Shown here: positions 1 through 8,262 of the stretch, one piece after another
How the letters are laid out: every line of letters starts with the position of its first letter
How positions within the stretch are numbered: the first letter of the stretch is position 1
Virus record (IMG/VR): IMGVR_UViG_3300010403_000005
Location: 1-61,643 of that record
Source of the DNA: a virus
Strand: one strand, 5' to 3'
DNA length: 61,643 nt
Program-made: the position numbers and the translations under genes
The notes under the pieces: generated by a model
The model's input: only the letters and a program-made list of their open reading frames with translations
The model's database searches: none
Told to the model about the DNA's origin: nothing

Positions 1-123
1 CAGCATCGCATCCTTGCTCGGTACACTGCCCAGCATGTTGCGTACGTCCGGCATGACACCTTCCGAGATGCAGGGCACGAGCATGATCGCGTCCTTGCCC
101 CACTCGCCCAGCGCTGCGTAGTC
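1..123. repeat. Terminal direct repeat, copy 1 (identical to 61521-61643). The contig closes into a 61,520-bp circle.
   Basis: All 123 bases (cagcatcgca...gcgctgcgtagtc) recur exactly at the other end. They lie inside one continuous minus-strand reading frame. Confidence 0.95.
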
Positions 124-1023
124 GCCAGCGATATACGGCTTGCCGCAGGCCATCGCTTCCAGCACGGTCAGGCCCCAGCCCTCGCCCAGCGTCGTGTTGA
201 AGCCGACGTCAGAGGCCTGATACGCGGCCACCACGTACTCTTCCGGTGCACCGAGGAAGATGTTCTTCGGCTCCGCGAGGATCAACTTGCCTTGCACCCC
301 GCAGTAAGCCGCGAGCTGATCGCAGTTCACCTGAGTGGAGCTGCCCGGCAGCACGTGCAGATACAGGTAAGCGTCCTTGATTCCGCGAGTCCGAATCCAC
401 TCCGCAAAGTACATGATGGTGAGATCGATCCGCTTGCGGTTCTGGTTGCGGTTGACGTTGCAGACAATGAAGTCCGTATCCTTCACCGGAGCAATGCCGA
501 GCTTCGCTCTCGCAGCGGCCTTGTCTCCGGGCTTGTAGAGGTTCGTGTCCACGCCGAGCGGCACAACGGCAGTAGGCACGTTTTTCATGCCGCCCTCGAT
601 GGCCTCCTTGCGGCCGAACTCCGTCCAGAAGATCGCCTTCTTCAAGCCGTTCAGCATGTAGCCAGTGCAGTTCTTGCCCTCGATGGCGATGATGCCGACG
701 ACCGGTATGTCGCCGTGGCCATTCTTGTGCAGCTCCTTCTGGTAGACCGGCACGTTCCACGGGTTGGTCTGCAGCACGATCAGATCGGGCTTGACCTTGC
801 CGATCACTTCTTCGAGCCGACGAATGCCCAGCCCATCGCCACCAGAGAAGGCCGCGTAGATCGGGTAGTCGTAGTCAATCGGACCTGCCCGGTGATCACC
901 CCGGAAGTTGATCGCCAGCACGCTGACCTTCCAGCTCTTCTTCAGCTCTTCGAGCATGTAGTGCGAGGCTTTGCCGAAGCCGCTGCCGCACGCAGCGTCT
1001 CCGATAAACAGCAGTGACTTCAC
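1..1023 (-). CDS. Glycosyltransferase, GT4/GT1-type. This is the 5' part; the ORF continues across the circular junction into 61365-61520.
   Basis: Hand translation from GTG 1023 (GTGA overlap with the upstream stop) gives VKSLLFIGDAACGSGFGKASHY...LGEGWGLTVLEAMACGKPYIAGD, which contains the E-x7-E motif. It is absent from the ORF track because it runs off the window edge. Confidence 0.85.
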   Translation of the reverse strand, partial: MKSLLFIGDAACGSGFGKASHYMLEELKKSWKVSVLAINFRGDHRAGPIDYDYPIYAAFSGGDGLGIRRLEEVIGKVKPDLIVLQTNPWNVPVYQKELHKNGHGDIPVVGIIAIEGKNCTGYMLNGLKKAIFWTEFGRKEAIEGGMKNVPTAVVPLGVDTNLYKPGDKAAARAKLGIAPVKDTDFIVCNVNRNQNRKRIDLTIMYFAEWIRTRGIKDAYLYLHVLPGSSTQVNCDQLAAYCGVQGKLILAEPKNIFLGAPEEYVVAAYQASDVGFNTTLGEGWGLTVLEAMACGKPYIAGDYAALGEWGKDAIMLVPCISEGVMPDVRNMLGSVPSKDAML

Positions 1024-1574
1024 AGACTCACCCATCCCTTCGGAAAGCCGACGCGCACGATGCCGTCGGTGTGCCAGAGCTTCGGATAGACCACGATCTT
1101 TTCCGTATTGCGATTGAGGTATGCCGCCCACCACGAGAACGACGAGTTGGCGATGATGTTGTGCTTGCAGGCGGCCATGAGATTCATGTCCTGCAGGTCC
1201 GATTTGCCGTCGGAGATCTGAATGCGCGGGTTGCTATGCCACTTCTTTCGACACCACGACGGATCGTCCGAGCAGACGATGAACCGCTCGCCGGGAAACA
1301 GAGCCATCGCCCGTTCGTAGTAGTCGGTGTCCGACAGGCTGACGAAGGCCGCGTCGGTGAGGTAGTCCGTGCGCCGAACATGCACAGAGACCGCATCGAT
1401 CTGCGGGCCGATGCCCTGCCCGAACATGTCCTGAATCTCTTTTTCGTACTCGTGAAAGTAGTGCGGGTACTGCACGTAGACGTCGGGGATGTAACCCTTC
1501 TTCGCCTGCGCGAAGAGGTACGCCAGCTGAAACATCTGGTTGCCGAGTCGGCCCCAGTTCGTGATCGGTACCAT
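1020..1574 (-). CDS. Minimal GT11-family glycosyltransferase (alpha-1,2-fucosyltransferase-like), 184 aa
   Basis: All three GT11 signatures are present: GRLGNQMFQLAY, HVRRTDYL and ANSSFSWWAAYL. Confidence 0.8.
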   Translation of the reverse strand: MVPITNWGRLGNQMFQLAYLFAQAKKGYIPDVYVQYPHYFHEYEKEIQDMFGQGIGPQIDAVSVHVRRTDYLTDAAFVSLSDTDYYERAMALFPGERFIVCSDDPSWCRKKWHSNPRIQISDGKSDLQDMNLMAACKHNIIANSSFSWWAAYLNRNTEKIVVYPKLWHTDGIVRVGFPKGWVSL

Positions 1575-1759
1575 CAGGGCAGCTCCTTTCGGAGGGCTTC
1601 GAGCACCACCGGTACCTGATCTCTCAGGCGGGTGTACTCTTCGAAGCTAATGTCGTCGTTGTTGTTCGCGTGCTCTGCTGCGTCGAAGGCCGTGAGCACG
1701 GCCCGCGCCGCCCGCTCGATCCGGATGGACCGGCCGGGCATCGTGCGATCTTCCTTCAT
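1574..1759 (-). CDS. Hypothetical 61-aa protein, first gene after a sigma-54-like promoter
   Basis: ORF track entry. GAGGA lies upstream of the ATG, and the stop overlaps the next start. Confidence 0.6.
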   Translation of the reverse strand: MKEDRTMPGRSIRIERAARAVLTAFDAAEHANNNDDISFEEYTRLRDQVPVVLEALRKELP

Positions 1760-1804
1760 GATGTCCTCGCTTGCGGTCAGTTGTACAACGAACGGCTGGC
1801 GGAA

Positions 1805-1820
1805 AGCAACTAGCGTGCCA
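1805..1820 (-). promoter_or_regulatory. Sigma-54-type -24/-12 promoter element
   Basis: The minus strand reads TGGCACGCTAGTTGCT, a perfect match to TGGCACG-N4-TTGCW. It lies in the 65-nt gap between the head-closure gene and the 61-aa gene. Confidence 0.65.
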
Positions 1821-1824
1821 GCCC

Positions 1825-2250
1825 TTAGACGCCTCGGATCACAACGCCCATCGTCACCGTAGGCGCGTACGGGGCGTTGGTGGTCGGGTCTCCAAACCCT
1901 GAGATTTGCACGACCGGGGCAGACCTTCCGTCAGGAAGCGTGATGATGTCACGCTCGTCCAGCGGCTGCGTACGCGTCTGCCCAGCGTTCGGAGTGGTCT
2001 CAGCGATGGGAAGGTCAGTGAAAATCAGTTGAGCGAACAGTACGTAGATCGTGCCTGATCGCGTGTACCGCTGCTCGCCCTGACCCTCGAAGTCTACTAG
2101 TGCCCGAAGCAACCGTGGTTCAGCGTACTGCTTCTTACCGGAGCTGGTTTCTCCAATCCACGCCTTCAGAGTGACGTCCATCTTCATGCTCTCGAACTGC
2201 GGAGAGATGATGGACTTCACGAGGCCGCGAATGAGTGTATCGTATCCCAT
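1825..2250 (-). CDS. Head-tail adaptor / head-closure protein (putative)
   Basis: 141-aa ORF directly after the connector gene. Size, position and sequence pattern fit the head-tail joining family. Confidence 0.55.
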   Translation of the reverse strand: MGYDTLIRGLVKSIISPQFESMKMDVTLKAWIGETSSGKKQYAEPRLLRALVDFEGQGEQRYTRSGTIYVLFAQLIFTDLPIAETTPNAGQTRTQPLDERDIITLPDGRSAPVVQISGFGDPTTNAPYAPTVTMGVVIRGV

Positions 2251-2831
2251 TAGAAAGGTCTCAGCAGCGCAGGACGCAGAATCGAAGGCTGTTTATACCA
2301 CGAGGGCACAAGCAGCCGACGCACTTCGCCCGGCACTTCTTTCGAGAGGTACGCGAACTCGGAAGTCATCCGACGCAAGATCATGTCTACGGACTCCTGC
2401 GTAGACGTGTTGACCTGCTGAAAGGTCACCCCGACTGAGCCCGCCTTCACAGCCAGCACGTTGCTCTGCGCGGCTGAGTCGTCGCTGATCAAGTCAGTCG
2501 CACCGATCTGCCCTGCCCATTCGCACTGCGCGTTCTTGAGATCGATGGCAATCGACGCCGCTCCGCTCGTCGGCAGCGCGAAGCCGTTACGCGTCAGCAG
2601 ACCACTGCGCGGAAAGACGAGTGCCTGCACATCATCGACAGCAGATCCCCTCCACGTAAAGCAGGTACCGAGCAGCCGCGCACCCATAATCAGCACCGCT
2701 TCCTTCTGCGCGTCGGTCGCCGTGGCGAGCCACGGGAGCGCGGGAATGCGAGTCGCATGATAGGCGTTGAACTCGTCCAGCGTGGCGAAGCTGTTAGCAT
2801 CCGCAGCACCGGGAGTGACAATCAGGGCCAT
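2250..2831 (-). CDS. Head-tail connector (gp6-like / DnaT-like head completion protein)
   Basis: The N-terminus (ADANSFATLDEFNAYHA) is typical of gp6-like connectors. The gene follows the capsid gene. Confidence 0.6.
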   Translation of the reverse strand: MALIVTPGAADANSFATLDEFNAYHATRIPALPWLATATDAQKEAVLIMGARLLGTCFTWRGSAVDDVQALVFPRSGLLTRNGFALPTSGAASIAIDLKNAQCEWAGQIGATDLISDDSAAQSNVLAVKAGSVGVTFQQVNTSTQESVDMILRRMTSEFAYLSKEVPGEVRRLLVPSWYKQPSILRPALLRPF

Positions 2832-2873
2832 TAGCTACTCCTTGGAAAAGATGATCTTACCACACAAGAAGCG

Positions 2874-2907
2874 AGGGCCTGCCGGAAAGTTGTGTCCGGC
2901 AGGCCCT
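2874..2907 (-). terminator. Stem-loop (13-bp perfect stem) downstream of the capsid gene; candidate attenuator or terminator
   Basis: agggcctgccgga (2874-2886) pairs with tccggcaggccct (2895-2907) around an 8-nt loop. On the minus strand it is followed by CGCTTCTTGTGT. Confidence 0.6.
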
Positions 2908-2948
2908 GCGCACTACGCCCAAGGATGGCCCTTGGTACGTAGGGGGTA

Positions 2949-4022
2949 TTACGACGTGGCCGAGATGTGGCAGACGCCCGAGCGGCCCTGCGCGTCGGAC
3001 CGGATCAGCGGTACCGCGATCTGCCACGCCTTGAAGTTCAGGTCGAAGCCACCGGCCTCGTCCCACTGAACCGTCTGGAGCGGCTCACCCTCGACCCAGC
3101 ACACGACGTCCATCGTGGCCTGCACGACGATGACGTTGTGCGAAGGCAGCTGGTCCGCGACACGGATCGCCTTGACCTGATCGACCTTGCTCAGCCGCGA
3201 GCGGATCGACTCGGTGTTGGCCGTGCCAGGATTGTAGTCGTTGTCGAGCACGACACCGGCGTCGGTCGGCACGTAGATCCAGTAGGGGCCGTACATCCGG
3301 TTCGCCTGCAGCGCGGTAATCGCGTTCAGGACGTCCTTGAGATACGACGCACCGGTCTTCGACGTGTCGTTCCAGTACTTGCCGCTATCGTAGATGACCG
3401 AGGTGACACGGTTCGGGTGCGTGGTGTACCCGTACGTCTTCAGGCCGCCGAAGGTCGGGCCGCCCTGAAACAGCATCTTCTCGGCCTGCTCCGCCACGAC
3501 ACGACCGGCCATCCGCACCTGCGTGGTGTCGAGCGGCTCGTTGGAATTCCGCGAGGCCTCCAGCTGACGGAGGTTCAGGAAGAAGTCCTTGTGCGTGATG
3601 GGCAGCGGGTTCTGGTTGAGCGAGAACTCGATGCGGTCGTTCGTGCTCTTCGCTCGGCCGTCCATCGAGACGATGGCCGGGTCCATGAACGTCGCCTGCT
3701 CCCAGCCGAACACCGTCTTGCCGAGCGAGTTCTTCACCGGCTTGACGAGGCCAGCAGCCTGCAGGTCGGCCACGCCGACGAGCCGGATGAGCGCTTCCTC
3801 GACCAGCGCCTCGTCAAAGACCTTCCAGTCTTCATGGCGAAGCGTGTCCAGCGTTCTCAGCGCGGCCGACGACAGTGCTCGGCCCTCCATGAACGCCTTC
3901 TTCATCATCTGCGTGGCCCAGCGTCCGCCCTCGCGGCTGAACACCTGAGACATCGGCTGCACAACCGACGGATCGACCGCCGGGGCCTCCGCTCCACGTC
4001 CTCTTGCGTTTCGGTTTCTCAT
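2949..4022 (-). CDS. Major capsid protein, encapsulin/Linocin_M18-like HK97 fold
   Basis: 357-aa ORF with AGGGAGA upstream of the ATG. The sequence pattern (HEDWKVFDEALVEEA..LPITHKDF..) resembles the encapsulin-type shell family. It sits after the scaffold and decoration genes. Confidence 0.8.
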   Translation of the reverse strand: MRNRNARGRGAEAPAVDPSVVQPMSQVFSREGGRWATQMMKKAFMEGRALSSAALRTLDTLRHEDWKVFDEALVEEALIRLVGVADLQAAGLVKPVKNSLGKTVFGWEQATFMDPAIVSMDGRAKSTNDRIEFSLNQNPLPITHKDFFLNLRQLEASRNSNEPLDTTQVRMAGRVVAEQAEKMLFQGGPTFGGLKTYGYTTHPNRVTSVIYDSGKYWNDTSKTGASYLKDVLNAITALQANRMYGPYWIYVPTDAGVVLDNDYNPGTANTESIRSRLSKVDQVKAIRVADQLPSHNVIVVQATMDVVCWVEGEPLQTVQWDEAGGFDLNFKAWQIAVPLIRSDAQGRSGVCHISATS

Positions 4023-4102
4023 GTTGAGTCTCCCTATGCTCTGTTGATCGCCAAGTCAGTGGCGACTCCTGTTCTGGTTGACACCAGCGTACAGACACCT
4101 TG

Positions 4103-4552
4103 TTAGATGATCTGCACGCGGCACGCCGTGACCGCAGCGACGACACCGAGCGTTTCCATCGCTCGCGCCACCACGTAGTCCGAGCCGTCCGTCTCTTCGA
4201 GCGTGCCATCACCGGCCGACGACAGCAGATCGTCTTCCGAGATGTTCTCGCCCGACGCGATGAACGCGGTCACTTCGTCGCCCGGCTTGAAGACGCCGAC
4301 CTTGACCTGATCGCCCGACGCGTAGAACGCGCTGATCGTGCCGCTGCCCTGCCGGGCGTCATCGATGCCCGTGCCGAGTTCGCTGCGCTCCAGCGCGAAT
4401 GCCGCCGGAACCTTGGTCGCACCGTCCACGGTCTGGTGAGCGACAGTGCTCACACCCTTGACGAGGTACCCCGGCTTGACCGTCGCGGAGGCCTTGCCCT
4501 CTTCAGAGATCTGCGGGCGGCCCTTGAGAATCACCGATCTTTTCGTTGCCAT
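4103..4552 (-). CDS. DUF2190-like head decoration / accessory capsid protein (putative)
   Basis: 149-aa ORF immediately upstream of the capsid gene. It has a beta-rich, Gly/Val/Ala pattern like DUF2190. Confidence 0.5.
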   Translation of the reverse strand: MATKRSVILKGRPQISEEGKASATVKPGYLVKGVSTVAHQTVDGATKVPAAFALERSELGTGIDDARQGSGTISAFYASGDQVKVGVFKPGDEVTAFIASGENISEDDLLSSAGDGTLEETDGSDYVVARAMETLGVVAAVTACRVQII

Positions 4553-4566
4553 GCTCGTTCTCCTCT

Positions 4567-4599
4567 CGAAAAAGTGCTGAGAGCCTGTTTAGCTCCCAG
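4567..4599 (-). terminator. Rho-independent-type terminator after the tail-tube-like gene
   Basis: The minus strand reads CUGGGAGC-UAAACAG-GCUCUCAG (8-bp stem with one G-U pair), followed by CACUUUUUCG. Confidence 0.6.
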
Positions 4600-4619
4600 C
4601 CGTACTTGCGCTCGATCCG

Positions 4620-5048
4620 TTAGGGGGTCATCACCTGACCGCCGCTCGGGCGAATGCTGATGCTCGCTTCCTGTGCGCCGTCCACCGGAGCCTTCGGAGC
4701 GATGTTCACGACGAATCCCGAGAAGAGCCACACGGCACCATCGGGGAAGTCGATCTCGTAGAGGTCTTTCGACCCAGTCGCCCACGCGTCGAGCAGTCCG
4801 GTGCTCGCGTCGTGAGTGTCTTCGCTGAACGGCAGCCAGTTGACCATGAAGGTCAGCTCGCCCTTCCGGCGAATGCCGACGACGTACGAGTCGTCGTCGC
4901 TGTTATGCGTTGTCGTGTCGATGGGCTTCCGCGTCAACGGTGGCGGAGTGATGTCTTTCAGCTCCGCAATCGGCGTACCGTTGCGCTTGACGATGGTGCC
5001 ATGAGCGGAGATCCCATTGCTCTCCGTTCCGGTATTGGTAACAGGCAT
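4620..5048 (-). CDS. Tail tube / major tail protein family (TP901-1 / lambda-V-N-like), located in the head module
   Basis: 142 aa. The pattern IDTTTHNSDD..GIRRKGELTF..IDFPDGAVWLFSGFV..ASISIRPSG is typical of sipho-type tube proteins. Confidence 0.6.
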   Translation of the reverse strand: MPVTNTGTESNGISAHGTIVKRNGTPIAELKDITPPPLTRKPIDTTTHNSDDDSYVVGIRRKGELTFMVNWLPFSEDTHDASTGLLDAWATGSKDLYEIDFPDGAVWLFSGFVVNIAPKAPVDGAQEASISIRPSGGQVMTP

Positions 5049-5098
5049 TGTCCGCTCCTTTCAGTGAACCGCGTTAATCGGATGCTCTGAAAAGAGCC

Positions 5099-6991
5099 TT
5101 ACTTCACCTGCCCGCGAGCCGCCCGGATGCGATCTCCGAGTGCCGGAGCCGCCGGGACTTCCTTCGGCTGCGCGTTCGCATCGACGTGAGCCGCGTTCGC
5201 GCTGAAGTCGATGGCCGCACGCACCGTGGTGCCCGCGAGTTCGACCAGCTCGTCCAGCTGCGCCTGCGACATCGCGTTCAGCGTCTCGTCGCTGAGCTTG
5301 CAGCGCTTCGTGTCCTTCAGGCCCTTGATCGTCGCGGCCTTCCGCTCTTTCGCCACGCGGATGCCTTCGCTGATGCTGGCACGCGTATCGGCATCGGCCG
5401 AAGCGAGCACCTCATCGAACGTGGGCGTCTTGGGCTGTTCGACCGCAGCCGCAGCCGCAGCCTTCGGCTGCTCGACCGCAGCCTTCGGCTGCTCGACGGC
5501 AGCCGCTGCCGGGGCCTCGATGACCTTGCCGAGCGCTTCGACCTGCTCGGGCGTGGCCGTTTCGAGGAACTTCGTGATTGCCTCTTTCGTCATGTCGCTC
5601 TCCTTTGCCTGTTTGGCTGCGTGACTCTTATGGCACGAGCACGGAGCAGCCGCAGCCGCACTCTTCATGGCCTTGTTCGGATCGCAGTACGCTCCCAGCG
5701 CAACCGCGTGATCGTGCATGGCCTGCACCTTTTCCGCGTTCTTCTTCGAGATCGCCTTACCCGCTGCCGCCGTGACTTCCTCTTCGTCCTCCATCGGATC
5801 GACCGGCTCGTAGCTCGTGACGATCTCGACTTCGACGCGGTCACCGTTGATCGTGACTTCGCCGTTCGCGTCCACCGTGTACGCTCTCTGGAAGAGCGCG
5901 TAGCTCGGGCCGTAGTAGCCGCCACTCGATTGCGAGACCGAGTACACGACCCAGCCGAGCGTCGGGTTGTAGTCCTCGACGCAGATGAGCGCGGGCTCCA
6001 GCGGCCGAAGCTCATCGGTGAGTTCGCGCTTCAGTTCATTGGCTGTCTGATCTTCAGACGAGCGAGCTGTGCGCAGGAACGCCGAGATCTTGCCGAGTAG
6101 ACTCGACGCGCTCTTCTGATCCTTCTTTTTCTTCCAGTCCTCCGGTAGGCTCGCTTCGAAGCCCTTACGGTAGGCGATGGAGATGATCTTCTTTTTGATC
6201 GCGTCCTTGTTGCCCTTGGCACGACCGAGGGATGACGCAGCCGCCGAGACGTCCTCGGCCTTCTGAATCGGGAACGAACGGTTCGGACCTGCGAAGTCTT
6301 CCGCAGGCATCTTGTCGCGTTCTGACTGCGGGATGTTCCGAAGGGTCTTGAGCAGTGCGTCGGTCTCAGCACCGGCCTCCAGCCACTCTGCGTACATGTG
6401 ATCCATATCATTCTCCTTGACAGCAGCCGCAGCGCGGACGCCGCAGCCCATTTCCCAGCTGCACGCACCCGCGTCAGACGCAGGAAGCAGCGCAAGGTGG
6501 TCCGGTACGAGATCGTGCCACGCACCGAGATACTTCTTGCCTTGATAGACGCCTTCTGCGTCATCAGTGTCTACGAGCACGCCGACCGAGATCTGAATGT
6601 CATCACCGGCGGCCACTCTGTCGAGCAGGTCAGGCGCCACTTCTGTCGCCTTCTCCACATCGATCCACGCTTCCATGCAGAGCTTCTTGCTCTTGATGCG
6701 CGTGTTGAAGATGATGCCGATGGATTTTTCTTCGAGGATGTCCGGGCTGTTGCCCGAGACCGGGGTACCGCTGGTGTTGGTCGGGTGTCCAAGGAACACC
6801 GGGCGGCCGTTCCAACCGCTAGGAGCGCGACTGAATTCCTTGGCCGACACAAACTCCGGGTAGGCGGAGTTCATGGCGTGTACGACACCTTCCACGAGCG
6901 CGATGACAGGCACTACGAGGTGCTCGCGGCCCTGATACTGCTCAGTCCGCGTGGCTCCGGCCACGGTCATTTTGAGTACGCGCTGAAGCAC
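5099..6991 (-). CDS. Prohead protease/scaffold fusion (DUF2213-like N-terminal domain plus coiled, Ala/Lys/Glu-rich C-terminus)
   Basis: 630-aa ORF between the portal/MuF genes and the capsid gene. The N-terminal domain resembles DUF2213. The start is uncertain (6991 or ATG 6970). Confidence 0.65.
   Translation of the reverse strand: MLQRVLKMTVAGATRTEQYQGREHLVVPVIALVEGVVHAMNSAYPEFVSAKEFSRAPSGWNGRPVFLGHPTNTSGTPVSGNSPDILEEKSIGIIFNTRIKSKKLCMEAWIDVEKATEVAPDLLDRVAAGDDIQISVGVLVDTDDAEGVYQGKKYLGAWHDLVPDHLALLPASDAGACSWEMGCGVRAAAAVKENDMDHMYAEWLEAGAETDALLKTLRNIPQSERDKMPAEDFAGPNRSFPIQKAEDVSAAASSLGRAKGNKDAIKKKIISIAYRKGFEASLPEDWKKKKDQKSASSLLGKISAFLRTARSSEDQTANELKRELTDELRPLEPALICVEDYNPTLGWVVYSVSQSSGGYYGPSYALFQRAYTVDANGEVTINGDRVEVEIVTSYEPVDPMEDEEEVTAAAGKAISKKNAEKVQAMHDHAVALGAYCDPNKAMKSAAAAAPCSCHKSHAAKQAKESDMTKEAITKFLETATPEQVEALGKVIEAPAAAAVEQPKAAVEQPKAAAAAAVEQPKTPTFDEVLASADADTRASISEGIRVAKERKAATIKGLKDTKRCKLSDETLNAMSQAQLDELVELAGTTVRAAIDFSANAAHVDANAQPKEVPAAPALGDRIRAARGQVK
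5429..5503. repeat. Tandem 21-nt repeat (3 copies plus a 12-nt GCAGCC spacer) encoding AVEQPKA repeats in the scaffold
   Basis: cttcggctgctcgaccgcagc occurs at 5462-5482 and, with one substitution (c to g at 5498), at 5483-5503. A degenerate copy lies at 5429-5449. Confidence 0.85.
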
Positions 6992-7091
6992 GTCTACCGC
7001 CTATGTGGTTGGGGTTGCCTTCCTTCCTACCTTCGTGAGGGGCCTTGCGGAGCGACCATCATCCTCGATGATGGCCGCTGGTGTCAACTCT

Positions 7092-7952
7092 TTACTGGCC
7101 GATGCGCCAGTGGTCGAGTATCTGTGTCGCGGTCAGGGCGTAATTGTAGACGGCCACGTTGCTCATCCCACCATTCCAGCCGTACGGTCCGCCGGTGCCA
7201 ACGTAACCGACGATGTACATGCCGTGCGAGCCGAGACCAAGATCCAGCGTTCCGGACGCCGACAGCGTCGTACCAATCTGTACGCCGTTCTCGTAGAGCT
7301 TCATGCTCGCACCGTCGTAGGTGGCGTCGAGCAGGTACCACGTCCCGGCAGTGAGCGCAGGACCGACATCACCGATGCCCTGTTGGCTGCCTCCGATATT
7401 GAGCTTCGCTAGCGGATGCACGCCCGTTGGCCCGACGAAGCCGTCGTAGAATCCCATGTACGACGAGCCCTGACCTACGAAGGAAATGCCAAGACGATAG
7501 TTCGCCGGGAACGTCATCGTAGTCGCGTTGAACCAGCCTTCTATCGTGATGGCCGACGTGCCTTGAATCGCTGCGAGAGGGCCACCGGGAGACACGTCCG
7601 TAGCAGGAATCGCTACGTGACTGCCGTCCACTCCGGTGCTTGACGCGGCTGTCGATCCATCCGGCTGCGGAGACGCCACACCAAAGGTGACACCTCCCGC
7701 CTTGGTGCCAGTGTAGCCGTTGCCACTCAGGTCGGCTGCCGTAGTCGATCCGGCAGCTTCGTTCAGCCTCCAGTAGGCGACCGGCGAATCCGCAAGGATA
7801 CGCTGGGCATAGTCGGGCCTACAAAATCCACTGCCTCGCCCGGCAGGGCAGGCCGCCACGGGCACGCTGTACTTAAAGTTCGACGGACGCTGTGCAGCCT
7901 GACCGACAACAGCCAGCAGCGACAGCGCGAGGCCGAGCAGCAGTTTCTTCAT
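7092..7952 (-). CDS. Secreted LamG / concanavalin-A-like lectin domain protein (Laminin_G_3-like)
   Basis: Signal peptide MKKLLLGLALSLLAVVGQAAQ. Also YWRLNEAAGSTTAADLSGNGYTGT...ITIEGWF...ATYDGASMKLYENG. ATGA overlap with the upstream stop. Confidence 0.75.
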   Translation of the reverse strand: MKKLLLGLALSLLAVVGQAAQRPSNFKYSVPVAACPAGRGSGFCRPDYAQRILADSPVAYWRLNEAAGSTTAADLSGNGYTGTKAGGVTFGVASPQPDGSTAASSTGVDGSHVAIPATDVSPGGPLAAIQGTSAITIEGWFNATTMTFPANYRLGISFVGQGSSYMGFYDGFVGPTGVHPLAKLNIGGSQQGIGDVGPALTAGTWYLLDATYDGASMKLYENGVQIGTTLSASGTLDLGLGSHGMYIVGYVGTGGPYGWNGGMSNVAVYNYALTATQILDHWRIGQ

Positions 7953-8260
7953 CGACCGTTCTCCAGCACGTCAGCGCGGATCGTGGAGCCCGACGTGATG
8001 CCGTAGAGCTTCTCGCCCTGCGTGAGCTGCAGGTAGATGGACGCTGCGGGCTTGATCTCCGCTCCGGTGCTCGTGGTGACCGTGGAGTCTCCGACATAAA
8101 TCGAACCGGAGCCCTGATTGATCACGAGGATCTGCTCCTGCGTGGTGTTGGCGTCGAGACGCGTGGCTGTACCGGTCACGCTGACCTGACGCGTGAACAC
8201 CGAAGCGCACACAGTCGCGGCAAACCCGAGTACAGCGAGGACGATTGTCAATCTCTTCAT
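7949..8260 (-). CDS. Small secreted beta-rich protein (103 aa)
   Basis: Start MKRLTIVLAVLGFAATVCASV (signal peptide) with AGGAGAG 6 nt upstream. The ORF-track start at 8293 is probably too far upstream. Confidence 0.65.
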   Translation of the reverse strand: MKRLTIVLAVLGFAATVCASVFTRQVSVTGTATRLDANTTQEQILVINQGSGSIYVGDSTVTTSTGAEIKPAASIYLQLTQGEKLYGITSGSTIRADVLENGR

Positions 8261-8262
8261 GG

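Noticed and set aside
1-123. The 123-bp ends as physical direct terminal repeats of the virion DNA.
   Set aside because: The repeat lies within a continuous glycosyltransferase reading frame, which favours an assembly overlap of a circular or permuted genome.
292-1017. Long plus-strand ORFs opposite annotated minus-strand genes. Examples are 292-1017, 2967-4106, 5186-6100, 14017-14589, 27060-28217, 34342-36468 (708 aa), 48465-49796 and 54272-55906.
   Set aside because: Their translations are Arg/Ala/Gly/Pro-rich with no motifs. They mirror genes with clear family signatures on the other strand. They are the shadow ORFs expected in about 60 percent GC DNA, where stop codons are rare.
5429-5503. 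Tandem repeats as a CRISPR-like or regulatory array.
   Set aside because: There are only three contiguous 21-nt units, in frame inside the scaffold gene, with no spacers. They simply encode AVEQPKA peptide repeats. No CRISPR array is present anywhere in the window.
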